Virus record (IMG/VR): IMGVR_UViG_3300017908_000245
Location: 1-30,092 of that record
DNA from: a virus
Taxonomy: Duplodnaviria; Caudoviricetes
Strand: one strand, 5' to 3'
Length of the DNA: 30,092 nt
The notes below the pieces were generated by a model, which did no database searches, was not told the origin of the DNA, and saw only the letters and a program-made list of their open reading frames with translations. A program made the translations under genes and the position numbers. Within the stretch, counting starts at the first letter, position 1, and the number at the start of each line of letters is the position of its first letter. Below, one piece after another: positions 1-10,629 of the stretch.

Positions 1-3000
1 TGCATTAATATTAGTGCTTGTATATTCTAGTAATATTAGATTATTACTTAAACTTGCTGTTACGTCTGGAACAGCATTTGTAATTGTGTTTACAATATCA
101 GCAGTGGACATTCCATTGTCAGCATGTGTTAAAACAAATTGGATAGCATCGTTTTCATTATAATTGTTTATGTTATTGATTGTTACTGCTTGACCATTTA
201 AGTTATATTGGCCTACTGTTAATGTGTTACCATCTACGATTACATCTTGTAGTTGGTAGCCTGTTACACTTAATGCTTGTGAAATAGTATATGTGTCAAG
301 TAAGTCTATTACTGGAGTATGTGTTATTGTGACTTCAATATATGCAACATCAACCCAATCAAAAGGAGGCATGCTTATAGTAAGAACTTGACCATTTAAA
401 TCTCCAGTTGAATCAATAGTATCTGTTCCCCCGCCATTATAAGTAATTACACTTTGAATATTAGCTACATTATATCCAGTAAGGTCAGCAGATATTGTAA
501 CAGTCTTGCTTGAAATACCTGTAAAATCTGCTGGATGTTGAAATGTTTCAACAATATCAGGAGGTGTTACGCCTATATTTTGTATAGCTGTGTTTTGTTG
601 AATATTTGTAGGTATGTTGTCAAAGTCAACAACTGTTCCGTTGATTGTAATTGTTTTTCCTGCTACAGTTTGGAAAGTAGGATTAACAATATTGCCTAGT
701 AATTGTGCTGGACCAATTACACCTTGTGTGCTGCTTGTTCCTCTAAATGTTAGAACATTGCCGTTGATTGCAAGTTGATCCAAATTGCTTACAACTGGAC
801 TTACCACACTACCTGTTGCTACAATGTCACTTATTTCTATTGTAGTTTCAACAAGTGTAACAGGATTGTTATCAATGTTTACAACTGTTCCATAAGGAAA
901 AATTGGATTTGTAATACTTCCTGTTTCGAATATACCTTCGTTGACAGTTGACAATCCTGTTGAATCTACTATACATTTGTATAGTGCGCTTTGTCTTCTT
1001 ACAATGTCGCCGAGTCCATAACTCTTTGTGCTTGACCAACTTTCTATTGTTGCATAATCTGCTGTGCTATCATAAACATTAGGCATGTCTTTTGTATTAA
1101 AGCTGTAGTATTTTGCTTCAGTAGACAGCGGACTACCTGCTGTGTTTAGTTTAGTTTGTGTCTTATCAAAGTCTGTGATGTTAAACTCTATTTTGTTTTT
1201 GTTTACAAATCTTGTATCATTGTCAGTGATAGCAATACTATCACCTGTGCTTGGTTGTTCTGCAAATTCTATCACTTGAGGATCGTTGCCAAGTTCACTT
1301 TGTAGCAGTTTAATCTCTGTGCTTTCTTTTCTTGTTGTATCTCCAAAGTAACTGTGATTGAACATATACTTTTCATACACATCAATGTCTTCTGCACCTT
1401 TTATAAATCTTGCAAGTCTGTCAACACTTGCATTAGTTCCTGCTTCTTTGATGGCGCCTTGATAAAATTTTGTAATCACATTAGGATCTAAGTGTAAGTC
1501 TCTTAGCCATTCTCTGTCGATGTTGCCAATGCTGATGTCTTTGGCTTTCTTTACATCTTTGTTAAACTCAGGCACATCAGTTCTATAGTATTCGTTTGTT
1601 TCTTCTACGCTACTGTCAAAGTTTTGAACAATATGATCATCAAACACTAGATAGCCTGGTGCTTTTTTGTTACCATCCCAATCTCTTGTTTTACCACCTC
1701 TTACTAATAATCTATCTTGTCTGTTATGCTTTACGTCATCATAAACTGTGTTGTTAAATGTTGTTGTATTGTTAAACACAAATGCATGTTGATAATCTGC
1801 AACTGCTACAGAAATACTACCAAAGCTACTATTGTTTTTACTTGCAAATGTTGCTGTGTTATTCTCTCTTGTTACAACAAGGTTTTCATCTGTTGCAAGT
1901 GTTCCATTTTTGAAAATTATATCGTTTGAATAATAAGCAAACGTATTTGATTTTTCTATTGCACCCTGTGATGTTGTAAATGTAATATTGTCGCCTAAGT
2001 CTAATACTAACTCGTCACCTTCTATTGCTCTAATAGTCCATCTTACAAATGTATTTGCTTGTGCTTCTTTGCCAATTGCAAAACTAAACCCAATGCCTTC
2101 TAAGTATTCAAAGTAACCAAGTATAAACGTGTAAACATCTTGTATTTTAGACAGTGTTGTACCATAATCTATAACACTTGGATTAGTTACAAACTTTTTA
2201 TATTTCTTAAGAACTTTACCAGAAATATCAACTGTAGTGAAAGGACTTGTGCTTGTAGTGATAGGTTCAACAAATTTAAATTCTTGTCTGTTGTTACTTA
2301 ACCCTCTTAGTTGATAACCTTCTCTTTCTCTTTTTATTATAAGTTCGCTAGCATTTACAAATAAATGAGGATAGTCTCTGTGCATTACAATATTGTAATC
2401 ATTGTTACTGATTTTAAATGATCCACTCATGCTGCTTTCTGCAAACAATTCAACACTATCTTTTCTAGTAAAACCGTTTACTTTTTGTATTAGATTTGTA
2501 TCAATGTATTTGTATGTGTCTTGTAAATTGTCTTTGTAATTGTTTCTAATATTATAATTGTATTGTGCTTGACTTAAACCATTTGCAGTGAATTCAGCTT
2601 CAATATACTTGTATTCGATTTCAATATTTCCGTCAAGAACATTACTTGTAAACACTGCCTCGTTTGTAATATCAAACAATCTTTTGTTTATTAAAATATT
2701 TTCAACACTACCATCTGTTGCAAAGTTTACAACTGCTTTTAGGTTTTGATTAAAACCGTTGCCTTGGATAATGCTTCTTTCATTGTTTGTGTTGCTGTAT
2801 GTATTGTTAGAAGTGATAATAATTTCTGATAATACTTTGTTGCTTTTATAACCAGGTATAATAAAAGATTGGTTGTTAAACAATTCTTTATCAATTTCTG
2901 CAATTCTAAATTGGCTGTTATCGTTTACAATTGATTTCATTATGCCTGGCTGGAAAAATTCTGTAAATGCACGTGCTGGTAAAAGTTTTAGTATAGCATC

Positions 3001-6000
3001 TAATGTTACACTGTAGCACTGTGCAGTTTGTCTAAATTCTTGTTCGGTAGGACCCCAATCACCAAATACAAATGGTTTTGCTCTTTGCTGTAGGCTTGGG
3101 TGATTTCCTGGAACTAACACTTCAGCAGGATCTCTTAATGCACCTGTGTTATCTACTGGACTTTGTGTATCCCAATCCCAATAAGTTCTTGCGTAGTCAA
3201 CCTCTTGATATACCAATGTGCCTGGTTCTGATACGTTACCAGTTTTTAGTGCTTCTATTAGAGCATACCTCTTTGTAGCATCTGTCCAACTATAATGTGC
3301 ATCCCACCATGTTGGCTTGTATGGGAGACCCAACATGTGCCATGGAGTTGTATGCGGAGTAGCAGTGCCAAATAAAATATTGTAGATACCAACATAGTGA
3401 CCTGGTAGTTTTGCTACATTTAGTCTACTGTTTGATCCTAATATGAATTGAACACTATCTTTGTAATTCCATGTCCAACCTTCTGGATCTGTTTCGTCAT
3501 AAATTAATTCTTCTATTACAACATCTTTGTTATTTGCTCTTGCCCATTTTGCATAGTAAGTGTATACATAATCATCTAATTGATCTAATGTATACCATGT
3601 GTATCTGTGTTGACTAGGCATAAACTTGTCAATTGTTTTGTAGTTGGTGTTTCTTTCATACAGGCTATCCTGCTTGACTAAGCCAGCATAAATCATACAC
3701 TCTAATTCGTATTGAGCAGCATTTACAATATCAAAGTATTGGCTGTTCATATCATGTAAATCATAGTTAGATGCTAATGGATATTTTCTATTATCGTGTG
3801 TAACTAAATGTTGATCTACAACTTGAGGCTGTTGTCCTAGTTGTAAGCCTAACTTTACCATGCTTTGTGGAACATAGCTACTATTATCCATTTTATAAAA
3901 ATCAATGTCAAGTGAAGGATATTCACCATTTGCACCAATTACTGGTGTTACTAGTAGAGTAACTTTATTTCCGTTGATTGTATATTCTTTATCTTTGACA
4001 AGTATTCTACGTGTCATATTATTATTAATATTTTCTGTTAACCATACATAAACATGATCTCTAATATTCATGTCGCCGTTTGCAGATTTGTCAATTACAA
4101 ATTCTGTTTGACTGTTATCAATTGTGTAAAGATTTGTAATTGGTTCTACTGTGTAAAGCATGTTGCTTGTTTTGTAAAGATCTGTGCCTTTTTTATTTGC
4201 AAGCAGAACAGCTAATGCCTTATTAACAATTTCCTGTATTGATGTTGAACTGTTGCTTGCATACAAACGTTTTACTTGATTTCTAAATCTAACAATAAAC
4301 GCATCATAATCTTGGCCTTGTTCATAAATTGCGCCAGTGATACTTTTTGTTTTGTCTATGTATTGAACATCATGCATGATACCACTGTCGTTGTTCAACA
4401 TAATCTTACCACCGTAATTTGACAGTCTTTGAATTGAGCTAAAGTTATTTTTGCCAAATACATTGCCTTCAAATCCTGGCATTGCAAGCATCATGTCTTT
4501 CCAATGTGATGCTGTTTCGCTTAATGTAAATATATCAAATGTTTCATTTAAACTATTTGATTGCCATAACGTAGGCAAACTTGCATTGCTGGTTTGATTA
4601 TTTGTATCAATGTTAAGGTATTCTAAATCAACAATGTCACCTACATTATAGTTTGCCTGATTGATTGTTATGTTGTCGCTGTTTATTGTTACAGAGTTAG
4701 CAACAGTATTTTTTCCATTTACTGTAAGTCTATGAAAATGATTATCAACACTTGCAACACTTGTAATTTTAAATACTGCATCTGTGCCTATTGTTACTGT
4801 GTCTGTTGACAAAGATGACAATGACTTTGTTTCCAAAGGTTGAATAGTTTCGCTATTGTTTGCTAGCACCAATGCTTGATCAAGCAAGTTTGTAATTTTA
4901 ATAGTTGATTTTGTATCTACAAGTATACCATCTTTAAACTTGTCTACATTTTTATAAATGCCAGTGCCTTGCTCTGTAATTTCTTTAATATTGATTACAC
5001 CGTCTAGTATACAAACTACATACTCAAATGTTGGTGTAAAATTATCATAGCCTACAGGAATTACAAGAGTGTTGTTTGTGTCTGTAATTGTGTATTGCAA
5101 ATGTTCCCATGCACCCAATGTAATATCACTTGTTTTATAAAGGGTTGTTAGAATATCATCAACTTTAAAATAATTGTAACCTCTTCCTTTATATTGGTAG
5201 CTAAGTTTACTGTCTATGTCGTCTGTGATAATAAAGTCTTGTTTGTATTTGTTACTGTGATTTATAAACTCAATTTCTGCGCCATTTGCTGTGTCTCTAT
5301 AAGATAGTTTTTTACCTAAGATAGGATCAACATGTGTATCGCCGCCTTTGTAGCCAAATATTTTATTACCAAAAAACTCACTGTCAAACTCGCTTACTTC
5401 ACTGCCTTCTGAAGTATAAAGTTTAAACATTGGCTCTTGGTGTGCAAATTTTTTTGCTTGGCTTTTTTCTAGTAAACCATTTTCAAAATATACATCAGCT
5501 TTTTGATATTTTTTTAAATCTGCAAATGGTGTAAAGTCAATGAATGCACAATGACCATCTTGTAATAGTTTTTCTTCTACTAGAATATTACCTGCTGTCA
5601 TTTTATAAAGGTGTGTTGTATATACATCTGCAAATAAAACATAGCTGTGTTCTGGGATATTACTATCAAGTGGCATAATCAAATCGTTACCGCTTGGTAT
5701 TGGAAGATAATCGCCCTCTGGCTTGATATAAAAATCTACGTGTCCTAACCAATGATAGTCTAATGAACTGTCATAATCACATGCATCAAACATATTCATG
5801 TTTGATTGGAATTCTATGATACTTCTCTTTGCTTGCAACTCTGCATTGATGTATTGTGTTAAATCAAGGTGAGGCATAAGTTGTTTATACGTGTTAATAC
5901 AATCAACATGAACCCATGCATTAATTCTAGAAAATGCTGTGTGTCTACTGTCATCTCTTGCAATTACAATGTAATCTGGTGATGTTTCAATAAGTGCTTC

Positions 6001-7038
6001 ATAATCCCAGTTTTCAATATCATAAGATTCGCCTAGGTTTGAATTTGCAGTCACTGATGTAGCTGTAACTTTACCTTTGGTTACTTTTAAATAATATATA
6101 CCAGGTAAGTCTGGAAATTTTACATAGGTATCTAAAACAAGTTTGTCATTGTTAGATTCATGTCTAATCATGTTAAATCCATCAAAGAAAACAGGTTTTG
6201 CATTAGTTGCATCATTGTTAAATGCATCAATCATTGCTAGGCTGTCGCCTTGTCCGTTGTAGATACTTGCTGTATTATGTTCTACATTATATACTACATT
6301 CCTATCCCAATATCCACTTGATTCAATATTGCCTTTGTATTGATTACTATATCTATACTTGCCATTTTGTTCTCTAAACAATATCAAGTTAATACCAGTG
6401 CCTACACCGCTGACTAGATATGTGTTGCCTGATGCTGTGCCCCAGTCGCCGTCAAATCTAATCAACATTCCATTGTGTAAATCAAAAGTATTATTATCAT
6501 CTTGTAATGTATATGTAGATTGATTTTGAATTAGGTTAAGTATTTCAACCAAACCAAGTGTGCTATTTTCTGCAACATATGTTGGTAAATTTTGTGCCCA
6601 ATAGTAGCTGCTATAGTTGATAAGCATGTCAATATTAATTGGGGGATTAAACACATGTGACTGTGTTGAATATGCACTTGCATAATTGTATTCGTTAAAG
6701 TTTGTAGCAATTCCATTTACTACATCATCAAATGTTAAAGTGTTAGTAATATTGTTGTTTGCATCTTTTGTAACGATGCCAGGTTGTAACTGACTTATTT
6801 GTTTAGCGGTATTGTTGTTTTGAATATCAACATATGTATCATTAAGTGTTCTGTCTTTGCCATGCACACTTCCAAAAAAGCCATTGTAGTCTTTTAGATT
6901 ACCTTTACTGATCATTTGATCCAAGGTGCTATCTAACCAAACTTTGTTAGTATCTGTTTGGAAAGTTTTTGGTAAAAAATTACTGCTCTTGATTTTGTTA
7001 TTAGGATACTGTCCTGCTCTTTTTTTGTTGTCAGCCAT
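1..7038 (-). CDS. Giant virion structural protein (baseplate wedge gp7-like / fibre-bearing), 3'-truncated by the window edge, >=2346 aa
   Basis: ATG at 7038, 2 nt after the gp6 stop. Translates MADNKKRAGQYPNNKIKSSNFLPKTFQTDTNKSWLDSTLDQMISKG. Spot checks at 1-60, 600-1060 and 3001-3060 are open in the same frame. It is absent from the ORF track, consistent with no in-window stop. Contains PWHMLGLPYKPTWW and FVFGDWGPTE motifs and a CBM5/12-like segment. The gp7-like label is inferred from position after gp6. Confidence 0.8.
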   Translation of the reverse strand, partial: MADNKKRAGQYPNNKIKSSNFLPKTFQTDTNKVWLDSTLDQMISKGNLKDYNGFFGSVHGKDRTLNDTYVDIQNNNTAKQISQLQPGIVTKDANNNITNTLTFDDVVNGIATNFNEYNYASAYSTQSHVFNPPINIDMLINYSSYYWAQNLPTYVAENSTLGLVEILNLIQNQSTYTLQDDNNTFDLHNGMLIRFDGDWGTASGNTYLVSGVGTGINLILFREQNGKYRYSNQYKGNIESSGYWDRNVVYNVEHNTASIYNGQGDSLAMIDAFNNDATNAKPVFFDGFNMIRHESNNDKLVLDTYVKFPDLPGIYYLKVTKGKVTATSVTANSNLGESYDIENWDYEALIETSPDYIVIARDDSRHTAFSRINAWVHVDCINTYKQLMPHLDLTQYINAELQAKRSIIEFQSNMNMFDACDYDSSLDYHWLGHVDFYIKPEGDYLPIPSGNDLIMPLDSNIPEHSYVLFADVYTTHLYKMTAGNILVEEKLLQDGHCAFIDFTPFADLKKYQKADVYFENGLLEKSQAKKFAHQEPMFKLYTSEGSEVSEFDSEFFGNKIFGYKGGDTHVDPILGKKLSYRDTANGAEIEFINHSNKYKQDFIITDDIDSKLSYQYKGRGYNYFKVDDILTTLYKTSDITLGAWEHLQYTITDTNNTLVIPVGYDNFTPTFEYVVCILDGVINIKEITEQGTGIYKNVDKFKDGILVDTKSTIKITNLLDQALVLANNSETIQPLETKSLSSLSTDTVTIGTDAVFKITSVASVDNHFHRLTVNGKNTVANSVTINSDNITINQANYNVGDIVDLEYLNIDTNNQTSNASLPTLWQSNSLNETFDIFTLSETASHWKDMMLAMPGFEGNVFGKNNFSSIQRLSNYGGKIMLNNDSGIMHDVQYIDKTKSITGAIYEQGQDYDAFIVRFRNQVKRLYASNSSTSIQEIVNKALAVLLANKKGTDLYKTSNMLYTVEPITNLYTIDNSQTEFVIDKSANGDMNIRDHVYVWLTENINNNMTRRILVKDKEYTINGNKVTLLVTPVIGANGEYPSLDIDFYKMDNSSYVPQSMVKLGLQLGQQPQVVDQHLVTHDNRKYPLASNYDLHDMNSQYFDIVNAAQYELECMIYAGLVKQDSLYERNTNYKTIDKFMPSQHRYTWYTLDQLDDYVYTYYAKWARANNKDVVIEELIYDETDPEGWTWNYKDSVQFILGSNSRLNVAKLPGHYVGIYNILFGTATPHTTPWHMLGLPYKPTWWDAHYSWTDATKRYALIEALKTGNVSEPGTLVYQEVDYARTYWDWDTQSPVDNTGALRDPAEVLVPGNHPSLQQRAKPFVFGDWGPTEQEFRQTAQCYSVTLDAILKLLPARAFTEFFQPGIMKSIVNDNSQFRIAEIDKELFNNQSFIIPGYKSNKVLSEIIITSNNTYSNTNNERSIIQGNGFNQNLKAVVNFATDGSVENILINKRLFDITNEAVFTSNVLDGNIEIEYKYIEAEFTANGLSQAQYNYNIRNNYKDNLQDTYKYIDTNLIQKVNGFTRKDSVELFAESSMSGSFKISNNDYNIVMHRDYPHLFVNASELIIKREREGYQLRGLSNNRQEFKFVEPITTSTSPFTTVDISGKVLKKYKKFVTNPSVIDYGTTLSKIQDVYTFILGYFEYLEGIGFSFAIGKEAQANTFVRWTIRAIEGDELVLDLGDNITFTTSQGAIEKSNTFAYYSNDIIFKNGTLATDENLVVTRENNTATFASKNNSSFGSISVAVADYQHAFVFNNTTTFNNTVYDDVKHNRQDRLLVRGGKTRDWDGNKKAPGYLVFDDHIVQNFDSSVEETNEYYRTDVPEFNKDVKKAKDISIGNIDREWLRDLHLDPNVITKFYQGAIKEAGTNASVDRLARFIKGAEDIDVYEKYMFNHSYFGDTTRKESTEIKLLQSELGNDPQVIEFAEQPSTGDSIAITDNDTRFVNKNKIEFNITDFDKTQTKLNTAGSPLSTEAKYYSFNTKDMPNVYDSTADYATIESWSSTKSYGLGDIVRRQSALYKCIVDSTGLSTVNEGIFETGSITNPIFPYGTVVNIDNNPVTLVETTIEISDIVATGSVVSPVVSNLDQLAINGNVLTFRGTSSTQGVIGPAQLLGNIVNPTFQTVAGKTITINGTVVDFDNIPTNIQQNTAIQNIGVTPPDIVETFQHPADFTGISSKTVTISADLTGYNVANIQSVITYNGGGTDTIDSTGDLNGQVLTISMPPFDWVDVAYIEVTITHTPVIDLLDTYTISQALSVTGYQLQDVIVDGNTLTVGQYNLNGQAVTINNINNYNENDAIQFVLTHADNGMSTADIVNTITNAVPDVTASLSNNLILLEYTSTNINA

Positions 7039-7040
7039 TT

Positions 7041-10000
7041 TTATTGTCCTGCTCTAATATTAGCATCTGTTATTGCATCAATAATACTGATATCATTGAT
7101 TTTTACATCTGGTATAAACATTTCGCTACTGCTTGGTGTAATTTCAAACAAGTCACCAAATACACTATCTGTACCTTGAGGAACGATAACAAAACTACTA
7201 ATTACTCCAGTTAGCTCTTGATGAATGTAAGCCGCTAGTTCAGTAAAATAAAAAGTTTCGCCAAAGTCCCAATTTTCTATTGCAAAATACTCATTGATTT
7301 TTTCAATGATTCTAGTTTTAATGTCGTTGTCTGTAACGTTAGTATTTTTAGCTTTGATGACTCTAAACTTAGCTTGTAATTGTGGTTGCGCTGTGTTTCC
7401 AAACAATGGTTTATATGTTACACTTCTATAAACTACACTGTCACTCATTGCCTTTTTGTTTTCTACATCAGAAAAAGTTTTTGATAATTGATTACTTGTT
7501 GATGGATTAGGCATGTCTTTGTTACCTAGTAAGTATTGTTTAAAATCTTCATCATATGTTTTACTTAACACAAATACATCAATTACATTTGTAAAGCTAG
7601 GATCTACTAGCACATTGTCAGCTGGATTATGTTCCCATTCAAATCTTAAAAACTCTTTGCCTGTAAGTGTTTCTAAAACACCATCATCATCTGTGTCAAA
7701 CAGTAATGTATCTGTTGCAATATCATCAAACGCTCTTGGATTATTTGGCCTCACATCATTGTTGCTATCTTCTAAACTAACAATTACTCTATGACTATTA
7801 GCCATACCATTTTTGTTTGTATGATATCCAGTGATAAAAAACTTACCAGCTACTTCAAAATTATCATTCAACACACTGATTGTATCTTTTTCATTTTTAA
7901 GTGTGTAAGTGTCTAACTCATATTCATTTGAAATGTTACTGAATTCAACATTTGCACTGCTAAATTCAAACCTAATTGTTCTCATAATAATTTCATATAC
8001 ATCATTGTTGTAATCAAACCATAGTAGCCAATTGTTTTGATCATTTGTTGTGTTGTATGATGCAAAGGGTGTATCTTTATTAATAGATACATTAGGTTCA
8101 AAAATTTCCCAACTTGTTTTTGCAATGTTGTAGTATATTGCAAATGTCTTTTTGTTTTCAATATATTCTAAAATGATTTGTGTTTCTCTGCTAGAAAATA
8201 CTCTGTTAAAAGCTGGGTAAATGTTTTTTACATAACTACCAGATACAATATCTGTATCTATTGCTATTGCACCTTTACCGCTGCTTGTGAGTCCTGTAGG
8301 ATCGCCCGAAGCATCATATATACCTAGGCCGTTGTTGAAAATATTTACAACCTTTGCCCATGTCGTTGTATATCCAGCACCGCTGTCTTTTGGTGTTGCA
8401 AATTCTATTAAACTACCTACTTCAATATTCTTTGTGTAAGAACTTTGACTTTGACCAACTTTAATAATTGGTGTATCGTTAACTAGTTCCTGCACTAGAT
8501 ATCCACTATTATTGCCAAACGATGATGTTGTGCTTGTTTGCCATTTAAATCCATCAGTGGCTGAACTATCTGCACTATCTGCAGGATATGTTGGATAACC
8601 CGTTGGCTTGAGTGCATCAAATGCAGGTGTAAACTTTGTATAATACAAGTTTAAAAGTTCACTGTTGTTTAAAATATTTTTTACATACTTGTTAAACACT
8701 GTGCTATATGATTCGTTGCTTGCAGTTGAAATACTTGTTGTATTATTGTATGAAAACAGTTTACCATCTTTGTTATAAACATTTACACTAGTATATGCAC
8801 CTGTTGGGTCCATTGTATGGTGATATCTGCTGTGTCCACTGTGTGTTCTGTTGATTGACTTTGTTTTAAGTGCATCACTGCTTTGTGTTTGAATTAGATT
8901 GTTGTAATCACTTGCTGTGATCATTCTACCCTGTGCGCTGTAATTGCGTGGTGCATTTTCTTTGATGCTGTCTGCACTTTCACTGCTGCTTGCGCCCACG
9001 ATAGGTGCTTTTAGTTGTAAGCCTACAACTGCTTGATATTGGTTACCATCTGAACCTGTGTAATTGATTGTAATCTTTTGTGGGCCTAAATCATCAGGAC
9101 GAAGTGTGTATGTTTGATTAACACTTGTTCTAAACCATACACGAATGTTGCCCTTTGGAAGATTACCAAAATTGCTGTCACTAAAGCAAACACTGATTTG
9201 ATTATTTTCACGTGTCTTTACACTAAAAATATTTCTCTTGTTTCCAGGAAGCACGTTGTAAATTTCATTTTGTCCATATACGTTTTCTACTTTGGTCCAA
9301 TAGTTTACAGTGTTGTTGCTGTTGTTTACAGTAGATACCCACACATCACTAAAGTTAATGTTGGCAACATCAATATCCAGTTTCATGTTACTGATAGGAT
9401 CAGTAATATTAAAATCTCTTGATTGTAGGTCACCTTGTTTAACACCAACAAAGAATCCTGTGTTGTTGCTTGTAACACCTTGGCCGTCGTTTTTGTAAAC
9501 TACTGTAAAACTGTTAAGTCTGTCAGGTGTAGTCTCAATTACTGTGCCTCTATCGTCTATGTCTAAACCAATAGCATTAAACACACTGCTTCTACCGCTA
9601 GCACTGCCTTGCATTGTAAATTTAATTTGATCTGGATTGTTTTTTAATCCGTAAAATTGGTATGTAACATTATCTATAATAGTTTGCTTTACTGGACTAC
9701 CAAACATGTTAGTGTCTTGCATTAGTGCGTTCATAACAGTAATAAAGTCATCCATGTTGTTTACGCTTGATGTATTTTCAAAGCGTAATTCTTTACCGCC
9801 CAAACTAGTTCCATCGCTACCAATTACTGATTCGTTTGTTTTTACACTTACAACTTTCATTTCACCAAATGCTGGCACATTACGTCTTGGTGTGTATCCT
9901 AAAAATTCTGCAAGTTTAAAAATACTTTCTTGTCTTTCAGCTGTGCTTAAAAAGTTGTTGCGTGTGTTTAAGTCAACTCTAAATGCTAAGTTGTGTCCAA

Positions 10001-10211
10001 ACTGTGCAACCACATCAAGCAGTGCTACAAATTCTGATGATTCAATCCAGTCGTTGTAGTTTTCTGGATAGTTGTTGCGAACATAATCAACCATTGCACT
10101 ACGGATTGTATCAAAGTCATATGCTTGTAAATTTGCATTGATAAAACTATCATACACCACAGTGTAGTCTTCAGCCGCAAAAAGTTTTGTTTGTCTAGTG
10201 TTTTGTGCCAT
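7041..10211 (-). CDS. Baseplate wedge subunit, T4 gp6-like (extended, 1056 aa)
   Basis: N-terminus YDFDTIRSAMVDY...EFVALLDVVA...FLSTAERQESIFKLAEFLGY and the later ESADSIKENAPRNYSAQGRMITASDY are typical gp6/baseplate-J motifs; lies next to gp25. Confidence 0.88.
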   Translation of the reverse strand: MAQNTRQTKLFAAEDYTVVYDSFINANLQAYDFDTIRSAMVDYVRNNYPENYNDWIESSEFVALLDVVAQFGHNLAFRVDLNTRNNFLSTAERQESIFKLAEFLGYTPRRNVPAFGEMKVVSVKTNESVIGSDGTSLGGKELRFENTSSVNNMDDFITVMNALMQDTNMFGSPVKQTIIDNVTYQFYGLKNNPDQIKFTMQGSASGRSSVFNAIGLDIDDRGTVIETTPDRLNSFTVVYKNDGQGVTSNNTGFFVGVKQGDLQSRDFNITDPISNMKLDIDVANINFSDVWVSTVNNSNNTVNYWTKVENVYGQNEIYNVLPGNKRNIFSVKTRENNQISVCFSDSNFGNLPKGNIRVWFRTSVNQTYTLRPDDLGPQKITINYTGSDGNQYQAVVGLQLKAPIVGASSSESADSIKENAPRNYSAQGRMITASDYNNLIQTQSSDALKTKSINRTHSGHSRYHHTMDPTGAYTSVNVYNKDGKLFSYNNTTSISTASNESYSTVFNKYVKNILNNSELLNLYYTKFTPAFDALKPTGYPTYPADSADSSATDGFKWQTSTTSSFGNNSGYLVQELVNDTPIIKVGQSQSSYTKNIEVGSLIEFATPKDSGAGYTTTWAKVVNIFNNGLGIYDASGDPTGLTSSGKGAIAIDTDIVSGSYVKNIYPAFNRVFSSRETQIILEYIENKKTFAIYYNIAKTSWEIFEPNVSINKDTPFASYNTTNDQNNWLLWFDYNNDVYEIIMRTIRFEFSSANVEFSNISNEYELDTYTLKNEKDTISVLNDNFEVAGKFFITGYHTNKNGMANSHRVIVSLEDSNNDVRPNNPRAFDDIATDTLLFDTDDDGVLETLTGKEFLRFEWEHNPADNVLVDPSFTNVIDVFVLSKTYDEDFKQYLLGNKDMPNPSTSNQLSKTFSDVENKKAMSDSVVYRSVTYKPLFGNTAQPQLQAKFRVIKAKNTNVTDNDIKTRIIEKINEYFAIENWDFGETFYFTELAAYIHQELTGVISSFVIVPQGTDSVFGDLFEITPSSSEMFIPDVKINDISIIDAITDANIRAGQ

Positions 10212-10212
10212 T

Positions 10213-10596
10213 TTAATACTCTAAAGTTTCTTCAAACTCTTTGTCAAATTTAAGTTGCAAATCTGTTGCAGTTTTGGTAGGTAGATATGTAAGGTTAGCA
10301 CTAACATACACAAAGCTCTCATCTTCTGTTACTGTAATTGTTGAGTCTTGTAATCTAAATCTAGGATCGTAATTTACAATTGTAATTACATCTTCTTCAA
10401 TCTCTGAAATAGTTAAATCATCTAGAGGCTGAAAGACTAGATAGGGAAGATTACTACCAAAATCAGGATTAGTCCATTTCTCACCTTTACGGATATGGAA
10501 ATGGTTGTCTAGGTCTTGTATTGCTAGATCTATGCCAGTAAGAGTCTTAGTAGTTGACTTTGTGTTTTTAGTTGTATAACCAATAATATTACTCAT
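10213..10596 (-). CDS. Baseplate wedge / sheath initiator, gp25-like (GPW/gp25 family)
   Basis: Motif IRKGEKWTNPDFGSNL...LVFQPLD...IVNYDPR; 127 aa; directly upstream of gp6. Confidence 0.9.
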   Translation of the reverse strand: MSNIIGYTTKNTKSTTKTLTGIDLAIQDLDNHFHIRKGEKWTNPDFGSNLPYLVFQPLDDLTISEIEEDVITIVNYDPRFRLQDSTITVTEDESFVYVSANLTYLPTKTATDLQLKFDKEFEETLEY

Positions 10597-10601
10597 ACAA
10601 C

Positions 10602-10609
10602 TATTTATG
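10602..10609 (-). promoter_or_regulatory. T4-type late promoter (CATAAATA)
   Basis: Minus strand reads CATAAATA-GTTGT-ATG, a 7/8 match to the T4 late -10 box TATAAATA; a gp55 sigma is encoded in the window. Confidence 0.7.
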
Positions 10610-10629
10610 TGAAAAATTAACTACATACT

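Noticed and set aside
1717-1929. Cys-rich 70-aa plus-strand ORF
   Set aside because: Antisense to the giant ORF; the TGT/TGC codons mirror ACA/GCA codons of the real gene.
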